DNA from: Methanobacteriota archaeon
Lineage (GTDB): Archaea; Halobacteriota; Syntropharchaeia; Alkanophagales; Methanospirareceae
Length of the DNA stretch: 43,373 bases
Reading direction: 5' to 3'
NCBI GenBank assembly: GCA_034660415.1
Contig: JAYEJE010000084.1
Location: 1 to 43,373 of the forward strand
Of this stretch, positions 34,889 through 42,053 are shown in pieces. Every line of letters starts with the position of its first letter. Position 1 is the first letter of the stretch. The notes beneath the pieces are model-generated. The model worked only from the letters and a program-made list of their open reading frames with translations, had not been told where the DNA came from and ran no database searches. The position numbers and the translations under genes were made by a program.

Positions 34889-35062
34889 TTATTTATTCCC
34901 TCCTTCATCCAACCCCTCTCCTTTCTCCCGCTTATCATTCTCCTTATTGCATCTGCACGCTTTACCCCGGCAGCACCCACCACCACAATTGCAGCTACTA
35001 TCGCACAGCGCAAGTGCAAGCAAAAACGCCATCTTCTCAACTATCTTTTTGCCTTCTTTCAT
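34889..35062 (-). CDS. Unlisted 57-aa Cys-rich small protein (below the ORF-track cutoff): MKEGKKIVEKMAFLLALALCDSSCNCGGGCCRGKACRCNKENDKREKGEGLDEGGNK
   Basis: Translated by hand. The ATG at 35062 lies 21 bp from the first half-site of cassette I, which matches the geometry at copies A, B and F. A basic and hydrophobic N-terminus ends LALC, followed by 7 Cys in 19 residues and an acidic tail. Confidence 0.55.
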   Translation of the reverse strand: MKEGKKIVEKMAFLLALALCDSSCNCGGGCCRGKACRCNKENDKREKGEGLDEGGNK

Positions 35063-35070
35063 AATGTACT

Positions 35071-35172
35071 AGTGTTAGGTTGTTAGGTATACAAATAGCA
35101 TCCCCTAAAAGAGTTCGGTTCTGTCTAAAAAGCCGAATAAAGTTGGGTTTTTGTAAAAAACCGATGATTTTG
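35071..35172 (-). promoter_or_regulatory. Shared promoter/operator cassette, copy I
   Basis: TTAGG at 35083 (with an extra TTAGG at 35075) and CCTAA at 35104, followed by TTCGGTTCTGTCTAAAAAGCCGAA, AGTTGGGTTTTT and AACCGATGATTTT. Confidence 0.7.
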
Positions 35173-35223
35173 TATTTTATCCTAAATTCTAATTAATTTC
35201 GGGTTTCTTCTTTTTTCTAATCT

Positions 35224-35253
35224 TGTTAGGGTTCATTATTTATGTCCCTAACA
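35224..35253 (+). promoter_or_regulatory. Core-only copy of the operator/TATA module, driving flavodoxin on the plus strand
   Basis: TTAGGG-TTCATTATTTATGT-CCCTAA has the same 21-bp spacing. It lies 46 nt upstream of the flavodoxin ATG, which has an AGGAGG SD. Confidence 0.7.
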
Positions 35254-35296
35254 GCTATACTAATCCCTACGTACAAAAAAAGGAGGATAGCTAAAA

Positions 35297-35740
35297 ATGG
35301 TAAAGGTAGTTTTGATATATGGTTCGACCACGGGAAACACGGAAGCATTGTCGGAACATGTAGCAGCAGGACTTGAGAGGGGGATGGCAGAAGTCACGGT
35401 AAAGGACGTGGCAAAAGCAAGTGTTGACGAACTCGCGAATTATGATGCGATCGTATTTGGGTGCTCCACCTGGGGCGAAGGCGATTTGCAGGATGATTTC
35501 TTTGATTTCCACGAAGCGATGGACGGGATCTCGCTGAAAGGTAAGAAGGCGGCGGTTTTTGGTCCAGGAGATAGTGAAGACTATCAGGATTCGTTCTGCA
35601 CGGCAGTGGACATCCTCAAGGAATCGCTAGAGGGTCATGGTGCCGAAATCGTTGCTGAAAGCTTCAAGATTGACGGAGAGGTTGAGCCTGCATTTGAAGA
35701 CGCCGAAGCTTGGGGATTGAAGGTTGCCAAAGCACTTTAG
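35297..35740 (+). CDS. Short-chain flavodoxin
   Basis: VLIYGSTTGNTE FMN-phosphate loop and the STWGEGDLQDD motif. 147 aa. Confidence 0.85.
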   Translation: MVKVVLIYGSTTGNTEALSEHVAAGLERGMAEVTVKDVAKASVDELANYDAIVFGCSTWGEGDLQDDFFDFHEAMDGISLKGKKAAVFGPGDSEDYQDSFCTAVDILKESLEGHGAEIVAESFKIDGEVEPAFEDAEAWGLKVAKAL

Positions 35741-35797
35741 CTTTGCTTTAATCCCGGTTTTATTTTTTCTACAAGAAGCAAAGAAAGAAAAGAAGAT

Positions 35798-36187
35798 ATG
35801 GACGTATTTACACACCACCTTCTGGAATATAAGAAAGGATTAAGAACCCTCGTCCTTCATACGACAAAAGTATCGAACAGAGATGCAATTAAAAAAAAAC
35901 TGGAGAGGGCAATGATAGCTCATTATATTCAAACGGTAAACCGAACGAAGATAAATGTCTTCTTCGGACATTCGATCTGCATAGATGTAATCAAACAGAT
36001 GAATTTTACATCATTGTCAAATCTGACCGATGATGAGGACTTTATTCTTGGTACGATGCTGGGCTATGATAGATTAAAGCAATGTGAACGTTATCTTAAA
36101 AGGAAGCGGAGTAGCAATAACTTGCCGAGCTGTAAACTTAAGACCCTATCCATCCCCAAGACCGAAGCGATTAGGGCTGTTGGTTGA
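35798..36187 (+). CDS. DUF2023-like protein, a family I recall as often adjacent to flavodoxin genes
   Basis: VFTHHLLEYKKGLRTLVLHT ... INVFFG ... DFILGTMLGYDRLKQCERYL resembles the DUF2023 pattern from memory. Confidence 0.45.
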   Translation: MDVFTHHLLEYKKGLRTLVLHTTKVSNRDAIKKKLERAMIAHYIQTVNRTKINVFFGHSICIDVIKQMNFTSLSNLTDDEDFILGTMLGYDRLKQCERYLKRKRSSNNLPSCKLKTLSIPKTEAIRAVG

Positions 36188-36239
36188 TTGGATATAAAGT
36201 AGGGAAAGTCATAATTACTGAACTTTTTACATACATGCA

Positions 36240-37022
36240 TCATTCAGAAGAGTTAGCTGGTCTTATAGGAACGATATAAGGCCTTCCACCGTGATTGTTC
36301 ACTTCCACTTCAACATCATAAACGTGCTTAATCTTTTCAGGCGTCAGGACCGAGGCAGCGTCTCCGGCATCAAAAATCTCGCCTCCGTTCATCATGACTA
36401 CTCGATCAGCATATCTCGAAGCAAGATTCAGGTCGTGGATAGCCATTACAGCCGAGATTTCCTTCTGCCTTACCAAATTCCGTATTATTTCCATCACCTC
36501 AAGCTGATGCTTTATATCCAGGTTTGAGGTAGGCTCATCGAGGAGGAGAACATCTGCTTCCTGAGCAAGTGCTCTTGCAATGGCCACCTTCTGCTGCTGA
36601 CCTCCACTGAGTTCGTTGAAGTCCCGCATAGCAAAACGTTCGATTCCCAACAGTTTCAATATCTCCTCAACCTTTTCTATGTCCTGTTCATCACTGTGCC
36701 ATCTAAGATGCGGACGTCTACCCATGAGAACGGTATCGAAGACAGTAGCAGGAAAAACGTGTGCAGAACCCTGCGGCACATAGCCCATATGCCTGGCGAT
36801 CTCAATCCGGCTCATCTTTTTTATCTCTCTTTCGTCTAGCAGTATGCTTCCATTAGCGGGCTTTAGAATCCGGTCTATGCATCTGAGCAGCGTAGATTTT
36901 CCCGCTCCGTTTGGACCCACTACGCCTAACATCTCCGATTCCGAAAGCTCTATACAGATATCCTTCAGTACATGCACACTTGCGTAATTAAATTCCAGTT
37001 CTTTTATTTTTAGTTTCGCCAT
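36240..37022 (-). CDS. ABC transporter ATPase of the iron-siderophore/heme/cobalamin type (FepC/HmuV/BtuD-like)
   Basis: Walker A GPNGAGKST, signature LSGGQQQ and Walker B LLLDEPTS. It is paired with a FecCD permease. Confidence 0.8.
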   Translation of the reverse strand: MAKLKIKELEFNYASVHVLKDICIELSESEMLGVVGPNGAGKSTLLRCIDRILKPANGSILLDEREIKKMSRIEIARHMGYVPQGSAHVFPATVFDTVLMGRRPHLRWHSDEQDIEKVEEILKLLGIERFAMRDFNELSGGQQQKVAIARALAQEADVLLLDEPTSNLDIKHQLEVMEIIRNLVRQKEISAVMAIHDLNLASRYADRVVMMNGGEIFDAGDAASVLTPEKIKHVYDVEVEVNNHGGRPYIVPIRPANSSE

Positions 37023-37030
37023 TTTTTAGT

Positions 37031-38101
37031 TCACCAGTATCCCCCCCTCCCTCTCAATATCAGGTAAATGAAGAGTGGAACGCCCAGATATGCGGTCATT
37101 ATACCCACAGGTAGAATAACCGGTGCCATGATTGTCCTTGCCGCAGTGTCTGCGGCGACAAGTAATATCGCTCCAACTAGACCAGATGTCGGAATCAGAA
37201 ATCTATTATCGCCGCCTATAACCATGCGACATATATGTGGGGCGACCAAACCAACGAATCCGATTGTGCCGGTGAAGCATACGATACCGGCAACTAAGAG
37301 TGATGCAAGCACCATCGTAATGATTCTAGTGCGCTCTACCTGGACACCCAAGCTTTTAGCTGTTTCGTCTCCTGCACCCAGCACGTTAAGATCCCACGAT
37401 TTCAGTATAAGCAAAGGAACACAGCATACTAGTACGACAGATACGAGTGACAGCTTTGACCATGAGGCCCTTCCAAGGGAGCCGACCATCCAGAATATCG
37501 CTCCTTTCACCGCTTCCGCTTCGGCAAAATATTGTAGCGTCATTGTCATCGCAGTGAAGAGATACATCATTGCAATGCCTGCCAGGATCATGCTCTCGGG
37601 TGTCGCACCCCTACGACTTGAAAGACCGAGGATAATGAACGAAACCACTAATGCGAAGGCGAATGCATTTCCTATTACCAGATATTGCCCACCGACGAAG
37701 CCGGCACCGGCAAGTATGCCAAGAGAAGCGCCAAATCCTGCGCCTGATGCAATACCAAGCGTATAAGGACTCGCAAGCGGATTTCTCAGCACTCCCTGCA
37801 TCACACATCCTGCAACACCGAGTCCAAAGCCCGCAGCAACGCCCATTAAGATTCGAGGCAGTCTCAACTTCCATACGCATATCTCGGCAAGTCTGCTCGA
37901 CTCGAAGTAGTTGGGTAAGAACCGATGAAGAAATGCGGAATACGCATCCCAGATCGATACATTTGCCGAACCGAGAGATGCCGCTAAGCCCGCGAGAATA
38001 AATAGTAGTGGGATGAGGATAAGAATAAAGGTTACTTTCCTGCCGATGAACTTCTGATATTGTTCCTTTATCGTACTACTCTTCCCCGGTACTGTTGCCA
38101 T
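37031..38101 (-). CDS. FecCD-family permease (BtuC/HmuU-like)
   Basis: 356-aa polytopic protein with RLPRILMGVAAGFGLGVAGCVMQGVLRNPLASPYTLGI, which is typical of FecCD. Confidence 0.8.
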   Translation of the reverse strand: MATVPGKSSTIKEQYQKFIGRKVTFILILIPLLFILAGLAASLGSANVSIWDAYSAFLHRFLPNYFESSRLAEICVWKLRLPRILMGVAAGFGLGVAGCVMQGVLRNPLASPYTLGIASGAGFGASLGILAGAGFVGGQYLVIGNAFAFALVVSFIILGLSSRRGATPESMILAGIAMMYLFTAMTMTLQYFAEAEAVKGAIFWMVGSLGRASWSKLSLVSVVLVCCVPLLILKSWDLNVLGAGDETAKSLGVQVERTRIITMVLASLLVAGIVCFTGTIGFVGLVAPHICRMVIGGDNRFLIPTSGLVGAILLVAADTAARTIMAPVILPVGIMTAYLGVPLFIYLILRGRGGYW

Positions 38102-38140
38102 TATCTCTTCTACCCAAAAATCTTTATCTAAAAAGTAAAA

Positions 38141-38232
38141 GTATTAGGTTAACAAAAAACATGCTCTAAAAATACTCGGTTTTGGATAAAAACTGAATAT
38201 AGTTAGGTTTTTGAGAAAAAGCCGATGATTTG
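38141..38232 (-). promoter_or_regulatory. Shared promoter/operator cassette, copy J (upstream of the ABC importer)
   Basis: TTAGG at 38144 and TCTAA at 38165 (offset 21), followed by CTCGGTTTTGGATAAAAACTGAAT, AGTTAGGTTTTT and AGCCGATGATTT. Confidence 0.65.
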
Positions 38233-38309
38233 GAATCTTAACGAAGCATAAATAAACCTGCTAAGGTAGCAAGCATAAGCGCAAATCCAACATTGATTTC
38301 CATTTTTCT

Positions 38310-38648
38310 TCACTCCCCCAATCGCTCACACAGAAATATCTTAACAAAATCTATCAGCCCGTAAGCCTCCGTAACGACTTTCAAACCGTGTTCTCGCAGC
38401 AACTCCTCAAGGTTTCGTTTCGCAAAATCTCGGTAATAGTTGCTCTCATAACGTGATGTAAATGACACGTGCAGCCATCTATGCAATTTGTTCTTCTTCT
38501 TAGCCACCCACAACATTTCTTCTGACAACTCAATCCCCATGACTTCATAACCCCTTTTCGCAAATGCAAACGCCTGTGTCCGGATTCTAGTGCAGACATC
38601 CAGAATTTTTATTTCGTCTCCTTTGTCAATCAGATCTGCAAAATAATG
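38310..38648 (-). pseudogene. Decayed class I SAM methyltransferase: no usable start, degenerate SAM motif, apparent internal loss
   Basis: The stop-to-stop frame reads HYFADLIDKGDEIKILDVCTRIRTQAFAFAKRGYEVMGIELSEEML... CTRIRT replaces the GxGxG loop. The first Met lies 36 codons into the frame. Confidence 0.5.
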
Positions 38649-38695
38649 TCACCTAAAAATGTTCGATTTTTAATAAAAACCGAAAGATATTGGAA
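38641..38695 (-). promoter_or_regulatory. Truncated cassette copy L, lacking the promoter-proximal TTAGG
   Basis: CACCTAAAAATGTTCGATTTTTAATAAAAACCGAAAGATATTGG aligns with the central part of the other copies. Confidence 0.45.
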
Positions 38696-38699
38696 CTAC

Positions 38700-39209
38700 C
38701 TATACAAATCTACCATCTGACCTCTTTTTATTTACATTGCGTGATTTCCCGGTAAGCCACCCTATTCGCTTTGCCATTCGAGAATCAAAATCAGGAACGT
38801 AGGGCTTTATATCTAACAGAGGACTCCCACCTAAAATGTCTACATCCTGAATATGGAGTATGCACCCTTCAACTTTGACACAACGCACCACAGAGATACC
38901 GATGGGATTAGGTCGCCCAGGGATTCTTGTGGCAAATACTCCATGCGTATTCTTATCCAGATATGGTGTGACCTCCAATGAATATGAATAGCCATCAGAT
39001 AGATGAAAATGATAAATCAGAATAATATGCGAAAAACCTTCAATGTCCTTGAGACCCGCACAGTATTTCGGGAATACCTCTACGGTTCCTGCAACTCCTT
39101 CGGCACCTGTTGGTTGTATGGGCATCCCTTTAGGATTCTTGAAAGGCGAGTGAATAATTCCTATTGGTTTGTACACAATTTCATTCATTTTTGTCATTTT
39201 TCTCTTCAA
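38700..39209 (-). CDS. trmO: TsaA/TrmO-like (YaeB family) SAM-dependent methyltransferase
   Basis: PIGIIHSPF, FSHIILIYHFH, GVFATRIPGRPNPIG and LLDIKPYVPDFD are hallmark YaeB/TrmO motifs. Confidence 0.7.
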   Translation of the reverse strand: MKRKMTKMNEIVYKPIGIIHSPFKNPKGMPIQPTGAEGVAGTVEVFPKYCAGLKDIEGFSHIILIYHFHLSDGYSYSLEVTPYLDKNTHGVFATRIPGRPNPIGISVVRCVKVEGCILHIQDVDILGGSPLLDIKPYVPDFDSRMAKRIGWLTGKSRNVNKKRSDGRFV

Positions 39210-40114
39210 TCCCTCTTAAACCTGTATACTTCACCGCGTTGCTCAATCAACGTGAATAAATTTCCCTTTGCAAAGAGGTCCATAAAATCTTTCTGGTTGA
39301 GATGTTCCGCGGTAGCAAAGAGAAATCCATCTGATTTCAATACCCGATGTAGTTCCTCCAACAATTTCACCTTATCACTTATCATCTGAAACACATCGTA
39401 TAATAAAACAACATCTACACTCCCATCGGGCAATCCTGTTTCTTGTGCTGAGAGAATCGTTTTGATGTTAGCGATTCTTTTCTTTTTGATTTCTTTCTCA
39501 ACTGCCCTTATAGCCAGAGGATGAATATCTAAAGCATAAACAATGCCATCATCGCCAACCAGTTTTGCCGCCGGGATACTGAAACTCCCTATTCCACATC
39601 CGTAATCCAAAATAGTTTGTCCTTTCTTGAGTTCCATCTCACGTAAGGTTCTTTCTGGCTTTTTAAATATGCTTCGCATGGTTAAAACCGTCTTCATTAT
39701 TGCAAAGCCAATGCGGGGCATCTTCTGCTTATCCATTCCACGTTTGAATATCAAACCCCGGAACATCAAAATAGCCACGATGAATTGAGAAACTGCAATG
39801 CATTCAAATATCATAAATATTGCCATTTTCTCCGTCAGAAACATTCTGAGCCCTAAATGGTGAATCATAACAATTGGGGTAAGCGGAATGATAATTAGCG
39901 GTGCCGTAGCAGCCAGCCAGTGCCATACTGACTTCTCCGCACCCGCATATTCCTTGAGCGCGAGAATGCCTATACTGATCGTTATAACTCCTGCGATTAG
40001 CCCGTATACCACTCCACGCGGGTAAACAAGACCATTTATATACCAAATTACTTTGACTGTAGGATATAATAAACCCAGTAAGATATAGAGGGCATACTTT
40101 TTAATTATTCTCAT
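39206..40114 (-). CDS. Membrane-anchored class I SAM methyltransferase (about four TM segments plus an MTase domain)
   Basis: The N-terminal half is hydrophobic. ILDYGCGIGSF (motif I) and VYALDIHP follow, and the 3' end overlaps the trmO-like gene by 4 nt. Confidence 0.65.
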   Translation of the reverse strand: MRIIKKYALYILLGLLYPTVKVIWYINGLVYPRGVVYGLIAGVITISIGILALKEYAGAEKSVWHWLAATAPLIIIPLTPIVMIHHLGLRMFLTEKMAIFMIFECIAVSQFIVAILMFRGLIFKRGMDKQKMPRIGFAIMKTVLTMRSIFKKPERTLREMELKKGQTILDYGCGIGSFSIPAAKLVGDDGIVYALDIHPLAIRAVEKEIKKKRIANIKTILSAQETGLPDGSVDVVLLYDVFQMISDKVKLLEELHRVLKSDGFLFATAEHLNQKDFMDLFAKGNLFTLIEQRGEVYRFKRD

Positions 40115-40296
40115 TTTGTTTGTTTATTTTTGTACTTATTCATTATGTATTTCGTGCTTTTAACCCCAGAAACGTATATTCAATAAATAAACGGTATCAC
40201 TTTTTGTTTTCCTCCCTCAGTAATCCTCACACCCCTTTCAGAACTCTTCATGAAGCAGCTTCTCTTCTAAACATGCTCAGTCCTCTATATGTTGTA

Positions 40297-40692
40297 ATTC
40301 CACAGCTACCCCGCACTTGGTTCCAGTGTCGGGAGAACGAGTACGTGCATGCTGACGCATATCGCAATAATTATCAGAATAACCTTGACGATAAAATACG
40401 GAACCACGACAACGGCTGAATATCCTATCGTCAGGCTTAAAAACGCAATCATCAGAATCTTGGTCTTCATCGGAATCCCCTTTCCCTCGTGCCAGTTTTT
40501 TATATATTCTCCAAACCAGCGGTTTGTGATGAGCCAGCGGTACCATCTCTCCGAGCTTCGGGCGTAGCAGCCGAGAGCGAGCAGGAGAAAGGGCGTGGTA
40601 GGCAGGATCGGCAGAACTATCCCCACGCATCCAATTATCAGGAATAACGTGCCCACGATTCGCAATAGCAACCCTGCCGCTGTGTTTGATCG
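40297..40692. repeat. ~395-bp direct repeat, copy 2
   Basis: See 30660-31055. Confidence 0.8.
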
Positions 40693-40806
40693 TTTATGTC
40701 CTGTCCCCTCCCTTTCATTGGTATAACCCGGCTGCGTTGCATCTCCGTACCGCTCGTTTATCAATTCCCCTTTTCTATCGGTTCCTACAAAATCAGAGAA
40801 CGCCAT
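40306..40806 (-). CDS. Chimeric YbaN/DUF454 paralog whose first ~30 codons and SD region copy the 5' end of the PAN-like AAA gene
   Basis: MAFSDFVGTDRKGELINERYGDATQPGYTNE compares with MATANFVGTDRKEELLDELYEEEKRPGYTDE. At nucleotide level 40720-40822 matches 33045-33146. The rest is collinear with 30669-31064. Confidence 0.6.
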   Translation of the reverse strand: MAFSDFVGTDRKGELINERYGDATQPGYTNEREGTGHKRSNTAAGLLLRIVGTLFLIIGCVGIVLPILPTTPFLLLALGCYARSSERWYRWLITNRWFGEYIKNWHEGKGIPMKTKILMIAFLSLTIGYSAVVVVPYFIVKVILIIIAICVSMHVLVLPTLEPSAG

Positions 40807-40832
40807 GTAAAGACACTCCTCCTATTAACGTC

Positions 40833-41225
40833 CTATTCAACGTTTTGCGTATAGCTAACATTCTTTTTACCCGTTAAGCACACGGCTTTTGTGTCATTCC
40901 CGATTAGTTCTGTTTCTTCAACCGCAAAACCTGCCTCATTTATCATTGCCGCAAGCTCGTCTTGGCTGAAACTATTATTATTTGACGGTAGTTTACCGAA
41001 TTTTTTTAGATAACGAATCACCAGTTTCATCTTTTTTAACAGGCTCATCCCATGTCCTGTAACATCAACGATTACAATCTGTCCATCGCTGCTTAGAACT
41101 CTGTGGCTTTCCTTTAGCACTGCAATTGGGCACTCTACAATGTGGGGCAGGTTCACCAGTAAAAGTGCATCGCCATGAAACGTCCTGGCAAGTTTACCCC
41201 AATATTCATGTTCACTTCCTGACAT
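40833..41225 (-). CDS. Truncated class I methyltransferase, C-terminal half only; possibly a pseudogene
   Basis: DALLLVNLPHIVECPIAVLKESHRVLSSDGQIVIVD matches post-motif-II MTase regions. There is no SAM-binding loop. Cassette K lies 70 bp upstream. Confidence 0.45.
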   Translation of the reverse strand: MSGSEHEYWGKLARTFHGDALLLVNLPHIVECPIAVLKESHRVLSSDGQIVIVDVTGHGMSLLKKMKLVIRYLKKFGKLPSNNNSFSQDELAAMINEAGFAVEETELIGNDTKAVCLTGKKNVSYTQNVE

Positions 41226-41289
41226 TTTTATCTCATTCTCCGTTCTAATAGGCCGTGGTAAAGACGTTAATCCTATTATTATAGTCTGA

Positions 41290-41375
41290 TGTTGTTAGGT
41301 ACATAAATAATAACCCCTAAAAAGATTTGGATTTAGCTAAAAAACCTAATAAAGTTAGGCTTTGATAATAAAAAC
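41290..41375 (-). promoter_or_regulatory. Shared promoter/operator cassette, copy K
   Basis: TTAGG 41295, CCTAA 41316, TTTGG 41326, CCTAA 41345 and TTAGG 41355, giving offsets 0/21/31/50/60. Confidence 0.7.
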
Positions 41376-41399
41376 CCAATTACCTTAGGAAGTAGTGTA

Positions 41400-41497
41400 G
41401 TGAAAAGACCTAAAAAAAGAACCTCCTTTTTCGGTAAACCCTTTTTCTTTTGAACAACAAAGTTGTTCCATCACAAAGTGATGTGAAAAAGGGTTTA
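41400..41497 (-). terminator. Y-shaped inverted-repeat structure plus a T7 run, immediately 3' of the GDT1-like gene
   Basis: The outer 13-bp stem is TAAACCCTTTTTC (41435-41447) with GAAAAAGGGTTTA (41485-41497). It encloses two hairpins, GAACAAC-AAA-GTTGTTC and CATCAC-AAA-GTGATG. A T7 run on the minus strand follows (41412-41418). Confidence 0.45.
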
Positions 41498-42052
41498 AAA
41501 CAAAAAGAAGGCAACGCCCATTAATATAAACGAAATTCCGGCAATTGTTGTTATTATTTCCCTATTCACTTTATCTGAAATGAATTTACCCGAATAGATC
41601 GCTATTACAGAAAGCAAACTCAACGCTATTATGACTCCTGTTAAAACCATTAAGCCATTGTATTGGGTTGCAAACAATCCAGTGGCGATTTGTGTCTTAT
41701 CGCCCCATTCCGAAACGAAAATCAGGATAAAACCTGAATAGAACGGGTTTTCAAAATGATATTTGGTTTTGGTTACTTCTCTTTTGTTTCTAAATATTAA
41801 CGTTGCGAATCCAAAAAGTATGAAAATGACGCCCGAAAGCATTTTTATCAATTCTCTGGGTGCAATATTTGTAATCCACTCTCCTGCTAAAATCGCTATT
41901 CCGTCTACTATCAGAAAAGCCAGTACTATACCAAGCAATAAGTGCAGGTGTTTGTCGGTTTTTGACGCTAAGAGCAGGGTAGATAGCTGCGTTTTGTCAC
42001 CTAATTCTGCTAATCCTACTACAACCAAGGGTATTAATATATCTGGTACCAT
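41495..42052 (-). CDS. UPF0016/GDT1 (TMEM165) family divalent cation (Mn/Ca) transporter
   Basis: The family signature occurs twice, as ELGDKTQ and EWGDKTQ. 185 aa with six predicted TM segments. Confidence 0.75.
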   Translation of the reverse strand: MVPDILIPLVVVGLAELGDKTQLSTLLLASKTDKHLHLLLGIVLAFLIVDGIAILAGEWITNIAPRELIKMLSGVIFILFGFATLIFRNKREVTKTKYHFENPFYSGFILIFVSEWGDKTQIATGLFATQYNGLMVLTGVIIALSLLSVIAIYSGKFISDKVNREIITTIAGISFILMGVAFFLF

Positions 42053-42053
42053 T

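Noticed and set aside
37068-38001. Plus-strand ORFs 37068-37766 and 37651-38001, and the minus-strand ORF 37611-37880.
   Set aside because: They lie inside the FecCD permease gene, either antisense to it or in another frame on the same strand. FecCD family motifs support the permease frame.
17232-41375. Possibility that the repeated ~95-bp elements form a CRISPR array.
   Set aside because: The copies are kilobases apart, always sit upstream of start codons, are not identical, and are separated by genes rather than by short unique spacers. There are no cas genes.
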